Virus record (IMG/VR): IMGVR_UViG_3300025892_000010
Direction: 5' to 3' (one strand)
From: a virus
Length of the DNA: 64,000 nt
Shown: piece after piece, positions 1-9,413 of the stretch
How positions within the stretch are numbered: the first letter of the stretch is position 1
How the letters are laid out: each line of letters opens with the position of its first letter
The notes under the pieces: generated by a model
Seen by the model: only the letters and a program-made list of their open reading frames with translations
Database searches by the model: none
What the model was told of the DNA's origin: nothing
Made by a program: the position numbers and the translations under genes

Positions 1-617
1 CCATCATACATTGAGGCACCTTTTGTATTACCATATAAACTTGTAGTCTCAAACATTACCAAGTTCATATCATACTTCTTATTTAATTTTTCTCTAACTT
101 CGTGAGAACAACATAAACCAGCTAACAATTTGCCACCTAGATAATTATAACCAAATGGTTGACAAGGTACAATTACAAAACCCATAATAGCTGTTTTGTT
201 AAATACTTTTAAATCGGGTACATTCCCCAATAAGTCATTTCGTGGTTTACAATTAATAACAGGACTACCAAAACGCATAAAGCCAACAAACTTATTTGTA
301 TTTTTTTCTTTAACTGCAAGTTTCAATGCCTTTCCAGGTATACTTACCATATTACTATGACTTGAAATCATATTGATACAATTATCCCAAGTGCTGTTGT
401 CTAGTTCAACAACTTCTAAATCCATCACCTCTGGTGACATTGTGAAATCATCAAACATATCTGAATCAAAACCCATACCAGGAAGTGGTTGTGCTATTGA
501 GTCTATTTGTGCCATCTTTTGGTCACGCATATACTGGTCAATACGACTAAATTGACCAAAGTAATCATTAAATATACCAGCACAATGTAGTGCTTCTTCT
601 CTAGTTAGGTTTTTCAT
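1..617 (-). CDS. DUF4338 (DruA-like) family protein, truncated at window edge; not in ORF track
   Basis: Hand translation from ATG 617: MKNLTREEALHCAG...IVPCQPFGYNYLGGKLLAGLCCS...FETTSLYGNTKGASMYDG; same PxQPxGYNxxGGKLLA and TTSLYG motifs as ORF 16340..17638. Confidence 0.75.
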   Translation of the reverse strand, partial: MKNLTREEALHCAGIFNDYFGQFSRIDQYMRDQKMAQIDSIAQPLPGMGFDSDMFDDFTMSPEVMDLEVVELDNSTWDNCINMISSHSNMVSIPGKALKLAVKEKNTNKFVGFMRFGSPVINCKPRNDLLGNVPDLKVFNKTAIMGFVIVPCQPFGYNYLGGKLLAGLCCSHEVREKLNKKYDMNLVMFETTSLYGNTKGASMYD

Positions 618-693
618 TATTCCACATTTTTAATAAGATTAGTGGTACACTATAACAGATAATTAGATATATGGCAACCAGTAAATATTCCAT
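601..693 (-). CDS. 30-aa hydrophobic peptide MEYLLVAIYLIICYSVPLILLKMWNNEKPN; not in ORF track
   Basis: ATG overlaps the thyX stop (TAATG); one TM-like stretch; fills the gap to the DUF4338 gene. Confidence 0.5.
   Translation of the reverse strand: MEYLLVAIYLIICYSVPLILLKMWNNEKPN
649..677 (-). promoter_or_regulatory. sigma70-type promoter for the DUF4338 gene
   Basis: TTGCCA-N17-TATAGT. Confidence 0.5.
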
Positions 694-1304
694 TATTTTA
701 ATAGGTGTTTTGCGCTTATTGGAAAGTGGTCTTTCAAATGCTTTTCAATATGCGTTGCAACAACTCTAGTCTCCGCTTGTGTATCTTCTTTGATTCTTAA
801 ATTAACAACTCTTGCAAAGGCCATTAAACTACCTGACCAATACCATTCTGTCATCATATTTTGAGGCAATACCATTCTTGCCATTTCTGGTGCTATGTCA
901 GCCTCTAACATTTCACTATAAAATTCTTTAGCTGTTTTAATTAAATCTGTAATATCGTATTCAACTTCCTCATCACTAGAGCCTTGTTTTTTATCCTCTG
1001 CTCTTTTACGCCATAGAAAAGGTATATAAAATTCTGGTTTATCATCTACGTATCTTCTACTTACTTCATTCCACACTAAACCAACTTGATGTTTTACTAA
1101 TTGACGTGCAACAAATATAGGTGCTTTGATTAAGAATTGTAAACTAGTATGACCAAAAGGCGACCAATGGTCGTGTTCAGCCAAATACTTAATTAGTTTT
1201 TCATCTTTCTCATCTATTTGTTCTTTTCTTTTAGCAAATGAAACACGAGCAGCGTTAACTACCGATAAATCACTACCCATTTTATCTATTAATTGTACGT
1301 TCAT
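693..1304 (-). CDS. thyX: Flavin-dependent thymidylate synthase
   Basis: VNAARVSF, HWSPF, ARQLVKH...NEVSRRY ThyX signature. Confidence 0.95.
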   Translation of the reverse strand: MNVQLIDKMGSDLSVVNAARVSFAKRKEQIDEKDEKLIKYLAEHDHWSPFGHTSLQFLIKAPIFVARQLVKHQVGLVWNEVSRRYVDDKPEFYIPFLWRKRAEDKKQGSSDEEVEYDITDLIKTAKEFYSEMLEADIAPEMARMVLPQNMMTEWYWSGSLMAFARVVNLRIKEDTQAETRVVATHIEKHLKDHFPISAKHLLK

Positions 1305-1858
1305 ACCTCATTACCCCAATAATCCCAATTTTTATATGGTTTGTTTCTAGCAAATAACTCTATGTAAGGACCACCAACTAACCTTTCAATCTCTTTATGC
1401 ATTAAAGGTTTCTTTGAGTGTTCTTCTCTTTGAGAAACTACTAATTGTTTTACGTCTTTAAAAATTCTTTTTGGTCTGCCTTTAGTTGCAAGTAAACACA
1501 TTTCGGGATTGCCTCTAGTCCAATAACCTAAACCGGTAAACATTCCCATATTTGTTTTATTTGTTTTTGCCCAAGTAAAACCTACGGTCTTGTATTGAAA
1601 ACCCCAAGCCTCTATAACATCAAATGCTAAATCTAACATAGGGTCAATTACCCACATTAATAATACAGAGTTGTCAGCTGATATATCCTTAACAGGTAAA
1701 TCGCATATGTCTTTTAGTTCCATACAATTATAGTGTTGATTAGGATTTCTGCCCTCACCTTTCTTTGACCTTGATTTAAAATACCAAGGTGGGTCGGCAT
1801 ATATCACACCATATTTTTTATTTGGAAAGTTTATATTCAAAGTTTTGTGTCTCATCAT
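1301..1858 (-). CDS. MT-A70 family N6-adenine methyltransferase
   Basis: IYADPPW catalytic motif, GLGYWTRGNPE, HSKKP, YIELFAR. Confidence 0.9.
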   Translation of the reverse strand: MMRHKTLNINFPNKKYGVIYADPPWYFKSRSKKGEGRNPNQHYNCMELKDICDLPVKDISADNSVLLMWVIDPMLDLAFDVIEAWGFQYKTVGFTWAKTNKTNMGMFTGLGYWTRGNPEMCLLATKGRPKRIFKDVKQLVVSQREEHSKKPLMHKEIERLVGGPYIELFARNKPYKNWDYWGNEV

Positions 1859-2309
1859 TTATATGTACTTGTTTTGCACCATTTTTAATATGAAAATGTG
1901 TTGCCATTGGTGTTAATGGTGATAAAGTAACCAATCTTTTAAAATTATTTTCAATAGCCCACTCTCTTAATTTTATAATTATCTCTTTACCTGCACCTCT
2001 TTTTCTTGACCAAACGGTGTATGCAATAACAATTTCGCCTCTTTGACCATCTTGATTGGCCGCTTGAGACATATAATCCATTTCTCTTACCGTATATGGT
2101 ACTTCAGGACATAATGCAACACAAACAATCGCCTCAATTTCTTCATTATATTTTAGACCAAATATTTTTCTGCCGTTTGTAATTCTAAAACCTAAAGTTA
2201 ATTCTGGTCTAACAGGATCCTCTGACACATCTATGTCATCTAGTTCAACCAGTTCGGTGCCTTTTACCCATTTAAAAAAATCATCTATGTTATCTTTAAA
2301 TTTTTTCAT
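1818..2309 (-). CDS. GNAT-fold-like protein (start probably MKKFKD at 2309)
   Basis: YTVWSRKRGAGKEII resembles GNAT motif A; ATGA overlap with the gp43 stop. Confidence 0.5.
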   Translation of the reverse strand: MKKFKDNIDDFFKWVKGTELVELDDIDVSEDPVRPELTLGFRITNGRKIFGLKYNEEIEAIVCVALCPEVPYTVREMDYMSQAANQDGQRGEIVIAYTVWSRKRGAGKEIIIKLREWAIENNFKRLVTLSPLTPMATHFHIKNGAKQVHINDETQNFEYKLSK

Positions 2310-4795
2310 CCAAAAAATGCCTCTAAATTTGCCTTTGGTTCGTGTTCCCAACCGATTGCTTGTAATATAAATCGCATAGGATCCAAAAAGGTCTTTTCAA
2401 ATTGTGTATCTCTATCTATATATTGGTCTAGTTTAAACTCTTTTGGCAAACTAGTAATATAACTTATTACATCAAACTTAAATGGATTGGCTGGTATTAG
2501 TTTAATAAACTTAATCTTATCTCCTTCTTGTATAAAAGGAAACTTGTTTTGTAAACCAAACTCTTTTATTTGATGATTATATATCAACGCACCTTTAACG
2601 TGAATAGGTGTACCTTTGATAAAGATGTTTGCATTATCACGATACTTCTTCAAGTTATTACAACTTCTAGGAAAGGCAATTGACTCTGCTGGTAACGTCA
2701 TAAATTCTTTTCTAAAATCAGAAACTAACTTATGTAAATCTGTTTCTTCTTTTGACATAATAGTTTTAATTGCTTCTTTAATTTTAACTCTACAAACCTG
2801 TGGTGTTGATGATTTAACTGCCTCAATACCCATAAGTTTAAGTTTAGGGTCAGACAATCTAATGCCTTCTTCATCAATAACGTTTAACATATATCTTTTC
2901 TTCGCAACCCATATACCTTTGTTGGCAATAACTTCTCGTTTCATTACCATTGCATTTTTAAAAGCGTTTGAATAATCAGATAGTTCAGCAAACCATTTTT
3001 CAATTTCAGGCTCTAATCTACTATCACATACTCTACCTATAAAGTCTGTAATCTGGTCGTTTGTTTTACCTTGACAAGTTTTTTCTACAAGTTTATCCAA
3101 GGTTACGTAAATTGAATCTGTATCAGACGCAACAACATAATCTATTTTATCTTTTGTCTGTAATACTCTATTTAAATAATCATTCATTTTACCTTCAATG
3201 AAACGAATAATAAACTGACCTGCCGTGGTAATACCACTTGCCTGTCTTACATCATAGTATCTAAAATATTGGTTACCTACTGCACCATAAGCCGAGTTCA
3301 AGGCAATCTTTCTTGCCCATTGAATATTGTGACAACGAGATATTTCTTTTACCAGTTTAGGGTCTTTTGTTTTTTCATATTCTTTCTTTGCCTTTAACAT
3401 ACGTTTCTTATAAATGACACGTTCATTGTACATTGTTTCCATCATTTCAGGTAAGAAACCTTGACTATCATTTTTAAATTTTGCACCGTTTGGTGTAATA
3501 CAAGCACCCTCTGTTTTAAGATAATTAAGTGGTACTTTCATATCAATCATTTTATTAACATTGACGCCGTGACCACTTTCACCAAGTATTTTTTCTGGCG
3601 AAATATTGTATTGAATAATAATATGTGGATATAGTGAGTTAATATCAAACGATACCACCCATTTGTGCTGACCAACTTTAGGTTCTTTTACGTAAGCACC
3701 CTCATACTTTGTTAACTTAACATTGTCTTCTCTTGGTGGTACACATATCTTCTTCTTCATTAAATGGTTTGCAATCAATGTGTCCCATACTCTTACTTGC
3801 GAAAATATATCATCATAGTTTACTTTTGATTCATATGCAACGGTCAATGATAAGTCAATTAGACCTAGTTTATCTTCTAATGCGTCAACAATTTCTACGT
3901 CTTGAATATTGTAATCAATAAATGATTGAAAGTCTTTAGTATACCATTCTTTAAATGTATCGTATGGCATTTCATCTTTACCACGGCCAAGTTCTAGTTC
4001 ACCAATAAAATCTAGTCTATAACTTTCTTGTCGTGTAGGAATAAACCATTTATATAAGTCAAGGTAATCTAACATAGTAATACCAAACAACTTATAAACC
4101 GTTTGTGGTCTACCTCTTACAACAATCTCCTCACGATTAACTAAATTCCAAGGCGACATTCTATTTGCAACTTTATCGCCTGCAATCAGTTTAATTCTAT
4201 TCATCAAATAAGGTAAGTCAAAAAACTTGGTGTTCCAACCTGTGACAATATCTGGATGATTTTTAATCCAGAATTTCATAAACTCAAACATCAATTGTTT
4301 TTCATTTTTACAATAAACATAGGTAACATCTGGTCTATCTGTCTTGTATTGACCAACACCCCAAGTTATGATTTGTTTATTAGATTGATTTTTTACCGTG
4401 ATAGCCAACAACTCTTCAATAGGATTTTCTACATCTGGAAAACCATTTTCACAACTAGTTTCAATATCAAGTGTGAATATTTTAATATGTTCTTTTGAAA
4501 ATTCTATTGCTTCAGGATAATTTTGACCAATGTACTGATAATGGTATCTTTCAAGGCCATATAGTGGCGATTGTGCGCCATAGTCTTTTTTAAATTGACG
4601 TGCATTTCTAATATCATTAAACTTTATAGGTTTAAGATATTGTCCTTGTAAGGTTTTAAATTCTGTTTTTTCTGTTTGCGATAAGGCGTAGAGGGTTGGA
4701 CCAAAATCAATTTTTTCTTTGTAATCTTTCCCATTCATCACACCACGAATAAGAAGTTTACCTTTGTGTTCTATTACATTTTTATAAAAGTTCAT
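2306..4795 (-). CDS. gp43: Family B DNA polymerase
   Basis: DIET exonuclease motif, SFDINSLYP, KIALNSAYG, SDTDS, C-terminal clamp-binding LEAFFG. Confidence 0.97.
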   Translation of the reverse strand: MNFYKNVIEHKGKLLIRGVMNGKDYKEKIDFGPTLYALSQTEKTEFKTLQGQYLKPIKFNDIRNARQFKKDYGAQSPLYGLERYHYQYIGQNYPEAIEFSKEHIKIFTLDIETSCENGFPDVENPIEELLAITVKNQSNKQIITWGVGQYKTDRPDVTYVYCKNEKQLMFEFMKFWIKNHPDIVTGWNTKFFDLPYLMNRIKLIAGDKVANRMSPWNLVNREEIVVRGRPQTVYKLFGITMLDYLDLYKWFIPTRQESYRLDFIGELELGRGKDEMPYDTFKEWYTKDFQSFIDYNIQDVEIVDALEDKLGLIDLSLTVAYESKVNYDDIFSQVRVWDTLIANHLMKKKICVPPREDNVKLTKYEGAYVKEPKVGQHKWVVSFDINSLYPHIIIQYNISPEKILGESGHGVNVNKMIDMKVPLNYLKTEGACITPNGAKFKNDSQGFLPEMMETMYNERVIYKKRMLKAKKEYEKTKDPKLVKEISRCHNIQWARKIALNSAYGAVGNQYFRYYDVRQASGITTAGQFIIRFIEGKMNDYLNRVLQTKDKIDYVVASDTDSIYVTLDKLVEKTCQGKTNDQITDFIGRVCDSRLEPEIEKWFAELSDYSNAFKNAMVMKREVIANKGIWVAKKRYMLNVIDEEGIRLSDPKLKLMGIEAVKSSTPQVCRVKIKEAIKTIMSKEETDLHKLVSDFRKEFMTLPAESIAFPRSCNNLKKYRDNANIFIKGTPIHVKGALIYNHQIKEFGLQNKFPFIQEGDKIKFIKLIPANPFKFDVISYITSLPKEFKLDQYIDRDTQFEKTFLDPMRFILQAIGWEHEPKANLEAFFG

Positions 4796-5108
4796 TATCT
4801 CTCAATCTCACTTCAAGTCCATTATGTTTTTCTTTCAATTCTATCTGACAAGATAATCTACTTGTCATTCTATCATAGTCTTTTTCATACTCTAATAGTT
4901 CAGTTTCAAGACTATTATACTCTGCTGGTTCAACTTTGTCAATGCTCTTTACGTGTATGTGACAAGTACCACAAGCCTGATTACCACCACAGGTAGCAGG
5001 TACTTCAGGTATGTTTGCCATCACGGCAGCGTCCATCAAAGTAAAGCCCGGTTCTACATCAACTTTAATCCGTTCTTTACCATTTCTGATAAAGTAAACG
5101 GTTATCAT
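4782..5108 (-). CDS. 2Fe-2S ferredoxin (adrenodoxin/ISC type)
   Basis: CGGNQACGTCH and SRLSCQ. Confidence 0.9.
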   Translation of the reverse strand: MITVYFIRNGKERIKVDVEPGFTLMDAAVMANIPEVPATCGGNQACGTCHIHVKSIDKVEPAEYNSLETELLEYEKDYDRMTSRLSCQIELKEKHNGLEVRLRDNELL

Positions 5109-5422
5109 TATAGTTTAGGCAGATTAGTTTCTGTTATTAGACCAGGTTTTGAAGTAATAATCTCACTAATATTATGTTCGTAAGATTTTAAAATATCTGG
5201 TTTAGGCGTTGCAATTGTAATTACTTTGCTACAATCTATTGTCAGAGTTCTATCATCTGTATATGGCATCCACGGAGTTAAAATCAATTGTACTGGTTTT
5301 CCTGGCTGTGATTGCATTGGTATGATAGTAAAAGGTTTCTTAATAGAAACAACTTCTCCTTCTTCAACTTCACCTATAATATCTTCACCTGTTTGTAGTC
5401 TCATTATTTTTATATTTTTCAT
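5108..5422 (-). CDS. Conserved T4-like hypothetical protein, possibly Sm-like fold
   Basis: IKIMRLQTGEDIIG N-terminus, similar to ORF 22346..22792. Confidence 0.6.
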   Translation of the reverse strand: MKNIKIMRLQTGEDIIGEVEEGEVVSIKKPFTIIPMQSQPGKPVQLILTPWMPYTDDRTLTIDCSKVITIATPKPDILKSYEHNISEIITSKPGLITETNLPKL

Positions 5423-5428
5423 TCTGTA

Positions 5429-5457
5429 ATCCTATCACAAAGACTTAAATTAGTCAA
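5429..5457 (-). promoter_or_regulatory. sigma70-type promoter, probably giving a leaderless mRNA
   Basis: TTGACT-N17-TAGGAT, 6 nt before ATG 5422. Confidence 0.6.
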
Positions 5458-6838
5458 TGCTGTATTTGGTTGTTATCACGTATTTTCTTTGGGGATTGAC
5501 CATAACGTTTAATCTCTTCATAAATGCACGGTCTAATAAGATAGGAGTTCTATCTTCTCTATCGTCAATGGTAAATTCTACATCTTTATAGAAACCACCG
5601 GCAAATTCTACATCTAGTTTTACGACATATCGGTCTTCATCATAATCTCTTAAGCCACCAACTTTAATCTCTTCTTTACGGACAATATCACTTGTAATAG
5701 TTTTACCTAATAAAGACCAAGTTATTTTATTACCATTGATTTTGTATTTGTCAGAGTGAATTACTGGCATTCCAGAATTACCCGTATCAAATTTTGAAAT
5801 TAATTCACCAAACGGTTTTATGGTCAAAATCTCCTTAAAACCACATTCCGTTGGCACAGAATATCTATTCTCCTCATTTGCAAAATGTTTAATTACTTCT
5901 TTTGCAATATTCATTTTAGTTGCTTCTTCTATACCCTCTGTACCAGGTGAAGAGTTTACTTCAAGAAAATATGGTGGTTTGTTTACTCTGTCTTTACTTG
6001 GTATAAAGTCAACAGCAGTCCAATATCCACCAACTGCCTTTGAGGCTAATAAGCATTGTTCTATTTCTAATTCTGTTAGTTTAATATTTTCTGGTTTAGA
6101 ACCTTGCGATACATTTGACCTAAAATCTCCTTCAATTACAGGTCGTTTCATAGCCGCTAAAAATTTACCACCTAGTATATGTACTCTGACATCATATTCT
6201 GTTTTAATATATTCTTGTATTAATAAATCTGTGTCTTCATCTTGTTTGTGTATAAGTTGTACAATAGAATCTAAACCTTTTGGACTATCTACAAATAAAA
6301 CACCAACACCTTTTGACCCTCTTAAAGTTTTCATAATTAAAGGAAACTTAATACCTGATTCATCAACTATCTCATTTGATTTTTCGGGGTCATTAATTAG
6401 TTTTGTTTGAGGTTGTGTTAGACCATAATCTGCAAGTCTTAATGAAGTTCTATATTTGTCAGCACACATATTAATTGTAGTTCTAGGATTTACCAACGTT
6501 GCATTGGCTCTTTCTAATATAGATACAAAGTCTAACCAACTATCTTTACGTGTAATAGAACCACGAACAATAGCAACGGTCATAGCACCAACTTCAAAAC
6601 CTTTTTTATCATCTTGATTATGAAATTTACGGATGCCGTCTTCGTAAGTGGTATAGCCACCTGTAAGTTTAAAAAGATAATATGGATAATTTAACTTATC
6701 ACATTCCTCTTTCAACCTATCGGCAGTATGAAATTCTTTTGCATTATCTGGCTCATCTGTAATAATGAGCAAACGCAAAAAGTCCTTTTTAGCCTCTGTT
6801 ATGTAATCTTTAAACTTGCTTACCTGCATTGCCTTCAT
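5450..6838 (-). CDS. RimK-like ATP-grasp ligase fused to a C-terminal retropepsin-like protease domain
   Basis: DKYRT, GSKGVGV, LIQEYI, DFRSNVSQG, LEVNSSPG; C-terminal KFDTG and ILLDR. Confidence 0.8.
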   Translation of the reverse strand: MKAMQVSKFKDYITEAKKDFLRLLIITDEPDNAKEFHTADRLKEECDKLNYPYYLFKLTGGYTTYEDGIRKFHNQDDKKGFEVGAMTVAIVRGSITRKDSWLDFVSILERANATLVNPRTTINMCADKYRTSLRLADYGLTQPQTKLINDPEKSNEIVDESGIKFPLIMKTLRGSKGVGVLFVDSPKGLDSIVQLIHKQDEDTDLLIQEYIKTEYDVRVHILGGKFLAAMKRPVIEGDFRSNVSQGSKPENIKLTELEIEQCLLASKAVGGYWTAVDFIPSKDRVNKPPYFLEVNSSPGTEGIEEATKMNIAKEVIKHFANEENRYSVPTECGFKEILTIKPFGELISKFDTGNSGMPVIHSDKYKINGNKITWSLLGKTITSDIVRKEEIKVGGLRDYDEDRYVVKLDVEFAGGFYKDVEFTIDDREDRTPILLDRAFMKRLNVMVNPQRKYVITTKYSID

Positions 6839-7259
6839 CTGTACTCGCTTCGTTAGGTTTCTTACCTATATTATATTTAGCGTTCAAAGTCCATTCGTTC
6901 TTTTCTTTATATGGCAAGACTTTGATTTGAGATAAAGGTGCTTTGTCTTCTACTTTAGATTTGTCAACAATATCTATTAAGTTCCAGTCTTGTAATAATA
7001 AAGCTATAGTATTTCTTCTTTGAATATCGTTGTTAACAAGTGTTGATGATTTACCGTCTAAAGCAAATAATTCTTTAAAATGTGTTATAAAGTATTTACC
7101 TTGTTTATGTAAAATATGGCAAGATTGAAATAATGTTTTATCTTTTCTACTTGCGACACCGATTCTTGTTAGGGTTTCTCTGACTTTTAAGAAGTCATCT
7201 GGTTGTTTGATGGTGACCTCAAGCATTTGCTCTGGCGACCAGTTAATATTTTCACTCAT
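6810..7259 (-). CDS. regA: Translational repressor RegA
   Basis: DDFLKVRETLTRIGVA, QSCHILHKQGKYFITHFKELF. Confidence 0.95.
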   Translation of the reverse strand: MSENINWSPEQMLEVTIKQPDDFLKVRETLTRIGVASRKDKTLFQSCHILHKQGKYFITHFKELFALDGKSSTLVNNDIQRRNTIALLLQDWNLIDIVDKSKVEDKAPLSQIKVLPYKEKNEWTLNAKYNIGKKPNEASTDEGNAGKQV

Positions 7260-7651
7260 TTGTTCTTTCTCCCACCTTTAGTAAGGCTCATTTTTAATTC
7301 TTCAATCTGGCCATCTGAAAGTAGGTTAAGAATTTCTTTTGCTTTGTTATTACTATATCCATAATACTCTTTAACAACGTCTAAATTCTTTAGTTTGGAT
7401 TGTGATAACCACTTCCCACCAAATCGCTTCTTTTTTCTAATACTATTTATCAAATAGTGAAATTGCATACGCTTTGGTAGAAAATGCAAGCCGTTCATTT
7501 CGTTGCTATGCATTATTGTATCGTAAAACATAGACAGGCAACGATTGATTACAAACGGTGGAAATTTCTTTTCCCACGTTTTATCGTCACTATCTAGGAG
7601 TGGTTCTTTTGTTTCGTTAATCGCTTTTAGATAATCTTTTAGTTCGTACAT
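7256..7651 (-). CDS. gp62: Clamp loader small subunit (start probably MYELKD at 7651)
   Basis: PPFVINRCLS, YLINSIRKKKRF, VKEYYGYS; synteny. Confidence 0.9.
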   Translation of the reverse strand: MYELKDYLKAINETKEPLLDSDDKTWEKKFPPFVINRCLSMFYDTIMHSNEMNGLHFLPKRMQFHYLINSIRKKKRFGGKWLSQSKLKNLDVVKEYYGYSNNKAKEILNLLSDGQIEELKMSLTKGGRKNK

Positions 7652-7769
7652 TCGCTCTGCCCATATAATAATCACCTGGCTCATAGTTCCACCTTTTACC
7701 GTGGTGACCTCTTACATCTGCATAAGCCATTCTTATCTTTACAATTAATTTTCTTAATGTTAATACCAT
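7617..7769 (-). CDS. 50-aa basic protein MVLTLRKLIVKIRMAYADVRGHHGKRWNYEPGDYYMGRANVRTKRLSKSD; not in ORF track
   Basis: ATG immediately follows the gp44 stop; frame fills the gp44-gp62 gap. Confidence 0.6.
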   Translation of the reverse strand: MVLTLRKLIVKIRMAYADVRGHHGKRWNYEPGDYYMGRANVRTKRLSKSD

Positions 7770-8714
7770 TTACTTAAACTTACAATTTGCCATTATTTCT
7801 GTCAAACAAGCGACCATATTAATCTCTTGGTCAGCAACAAAGGCTGATTTATATTGATACCCAGCAATAACTAATACTGCTTGAGGTACAGAATTACCCT
7901 CTAAATTCGTGTACAATAAATTATATATTGTTGAAAATAAAGAAGATGGTTCTTTATCAAGATTATTTATTACCCATTTTCGCATATCGTTAAATCTTTT
8001 TTCTTTTAATATCTTAACCAACTCTTTTGTGTTGGCTTCAGATAGACTAAACAATATACCACTATCAATCTTACCATTTACTGAATATCTTTGAAGCTCA
8101 TTGATAGTACGTCTAAAGTCTGGATAATGCTTTTGAATTAACTCAGCAAGAACCTTTTGGTCGTACTGAACCTCTTCCTGGTCAAGTATTTTACCTAGTC
8201 GTTTAAGAAACGCCTGTGCTGTCTTTACTTTCTGACCATTCTTGATTGCAAAATCAATAACGGTACAACGACTATGTAATGCTGGTAAAATTTTACTCTT
8301 ATAGTTGCAAGTAAATATGAATCTACAATTACTATGAAAGGTCTCAATGAAGTTTCTTAAAGCAGGTTGAACACTATCAGCGTTCATATAATCTGCCTCA
8401 TCTACAATCACGACTTTATGACCAGCTGATTCTGTCAATGAAACGGTAGACGCAAAGTTTTTAATCTTGTTTCTTAACGTATCAATTTGACGGCCTTCAT
8501 CTGAACCATTGATAATAATGTAGTCAACACCTAACTCTTCACATAAAGCACGTGCTACGGTAGTTTTACCAGTACCAGCTGTGCCAGATAATAGTAAGTT
8601 AGGTATTTCTTTTTGTTTTAAAAACTCTGAAAATGTCTTTTTAGTATCTTCAGGTAAAATACAATCACGTATTTTTTTAGGACGGTATTTTTCAACCCAC
8701 AAAAAATCACTCAT
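7770..8714 (-). CDS. gp44: Clamp loader large subunit
   Basis: WVEKYRP, GTAGTGKT, DEAD, SRC motif. Confidence 0.96.
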   Translation of the reverse strand: MSDFLWVEKYRPKKIRDCILPEDTKKTFSEFLKQKEIPNLLLSGTAGTGKTTVARALCEELGVDYIIINGSDEGRQIDTLRNKIKNFASTVSLTESAGHKVVIVDEADYMNADSVQPALRNFIETFHSNCRFIFTCNYKSKILPALHSRCTVIDFAIKNGQKVKTAQAFLKRLGKILDQEEVQYDQKVLAELIQKHYPDFRRTINELQRYSVNGKIDSGILFSLSEANTKELVKILKEKRFNDMRKWVINNLDKEPSSLFSTIYNLLYTNLEGNSVPQAVLVIAGYQYKSAFVADQEINMVACLTEIMANCKFK

Positions 8715-8725
8715 ATGCCCTACCT

Positions 8726-9388
8726 CTAAAATTCAGAGTCAGGTTCAATAGCAATCCAATACTGAATTGGTTTGCCTTTAGCTATAAAGTGAGATATTTT
8801 CTGTTGTGAAATTGCAACATCATAATCATCTGGTAACATCTTCATATTTTCTGTCTTAAAATAAGCAGTAAATGTTTTATCTGTATCACCTAATGATATT
8901 GAATAGTCGTTTGATGGTGTCTTTTTATCAACAGCAACAATACTCATAGTCTTACCATCACCTTTTACTGCAATGTCTGGTAGATTTAAAGTATTTACAC
9001 CTCTCATAAGTTTAGCAAGGTTATCTTTAGTCAATGTAAAGGTAACATACTTATCAGGCATATTGATTGTTTTTGTTGGTGCAACAACAACCGACTTATC
9101 TGCAAAGAAATATTTGATTGATTGTCTTCCGTTTGCGTCTTTGATTGTCATATTCTGACTACCATTAAATTTAAGTTCAGACTTATCAAATAAGTCATAT
9201 GCTCTTAAAAATTCTGGTAAATCATAGATAGCAAACTCACTTTCAAACTTCTCTTTAATTTCAGCCTCTGCTAAAATGTTTTTTAACGTAGAGATAGTTT
9301 GAATCTTACTGCCAGGTTTAACAAGAATATTCTGATTGATGTCAGAAAAATTTTTGAGAATGGCAATGGTATCACTTGTTAGGTTCAT
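8726..9388 (-). CDS. gp45: Sliding clamp
   Basis: LKNFSDINQ, FAIYDLPEFL, YWIAIE; synteny. Confidence 0.93.
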   Translation of the reverse strand: MNLTSDTIAILKNFSDINQNILVKPGSKIQTISTLKNILAEAEIKEKFESEFAIYDLPEFLRAYDLFDKSELKFNGSQNMTIKDANGRQSIKYFFADKSVVVAPTKTINMPDKYVTFTLTKDNLAKLMRGVNTLNLPDIAVKGDGKTMSIVAVDKKTPSNDYSISLGDTDKTFTAYFKTENMKMLPDDYDVAISQQKISHFIAKGKPIQYWIAIEPDSEF

Positions 9389-9413
9389 TATATAGTTCTC
9401 CTCATAATTTAAT

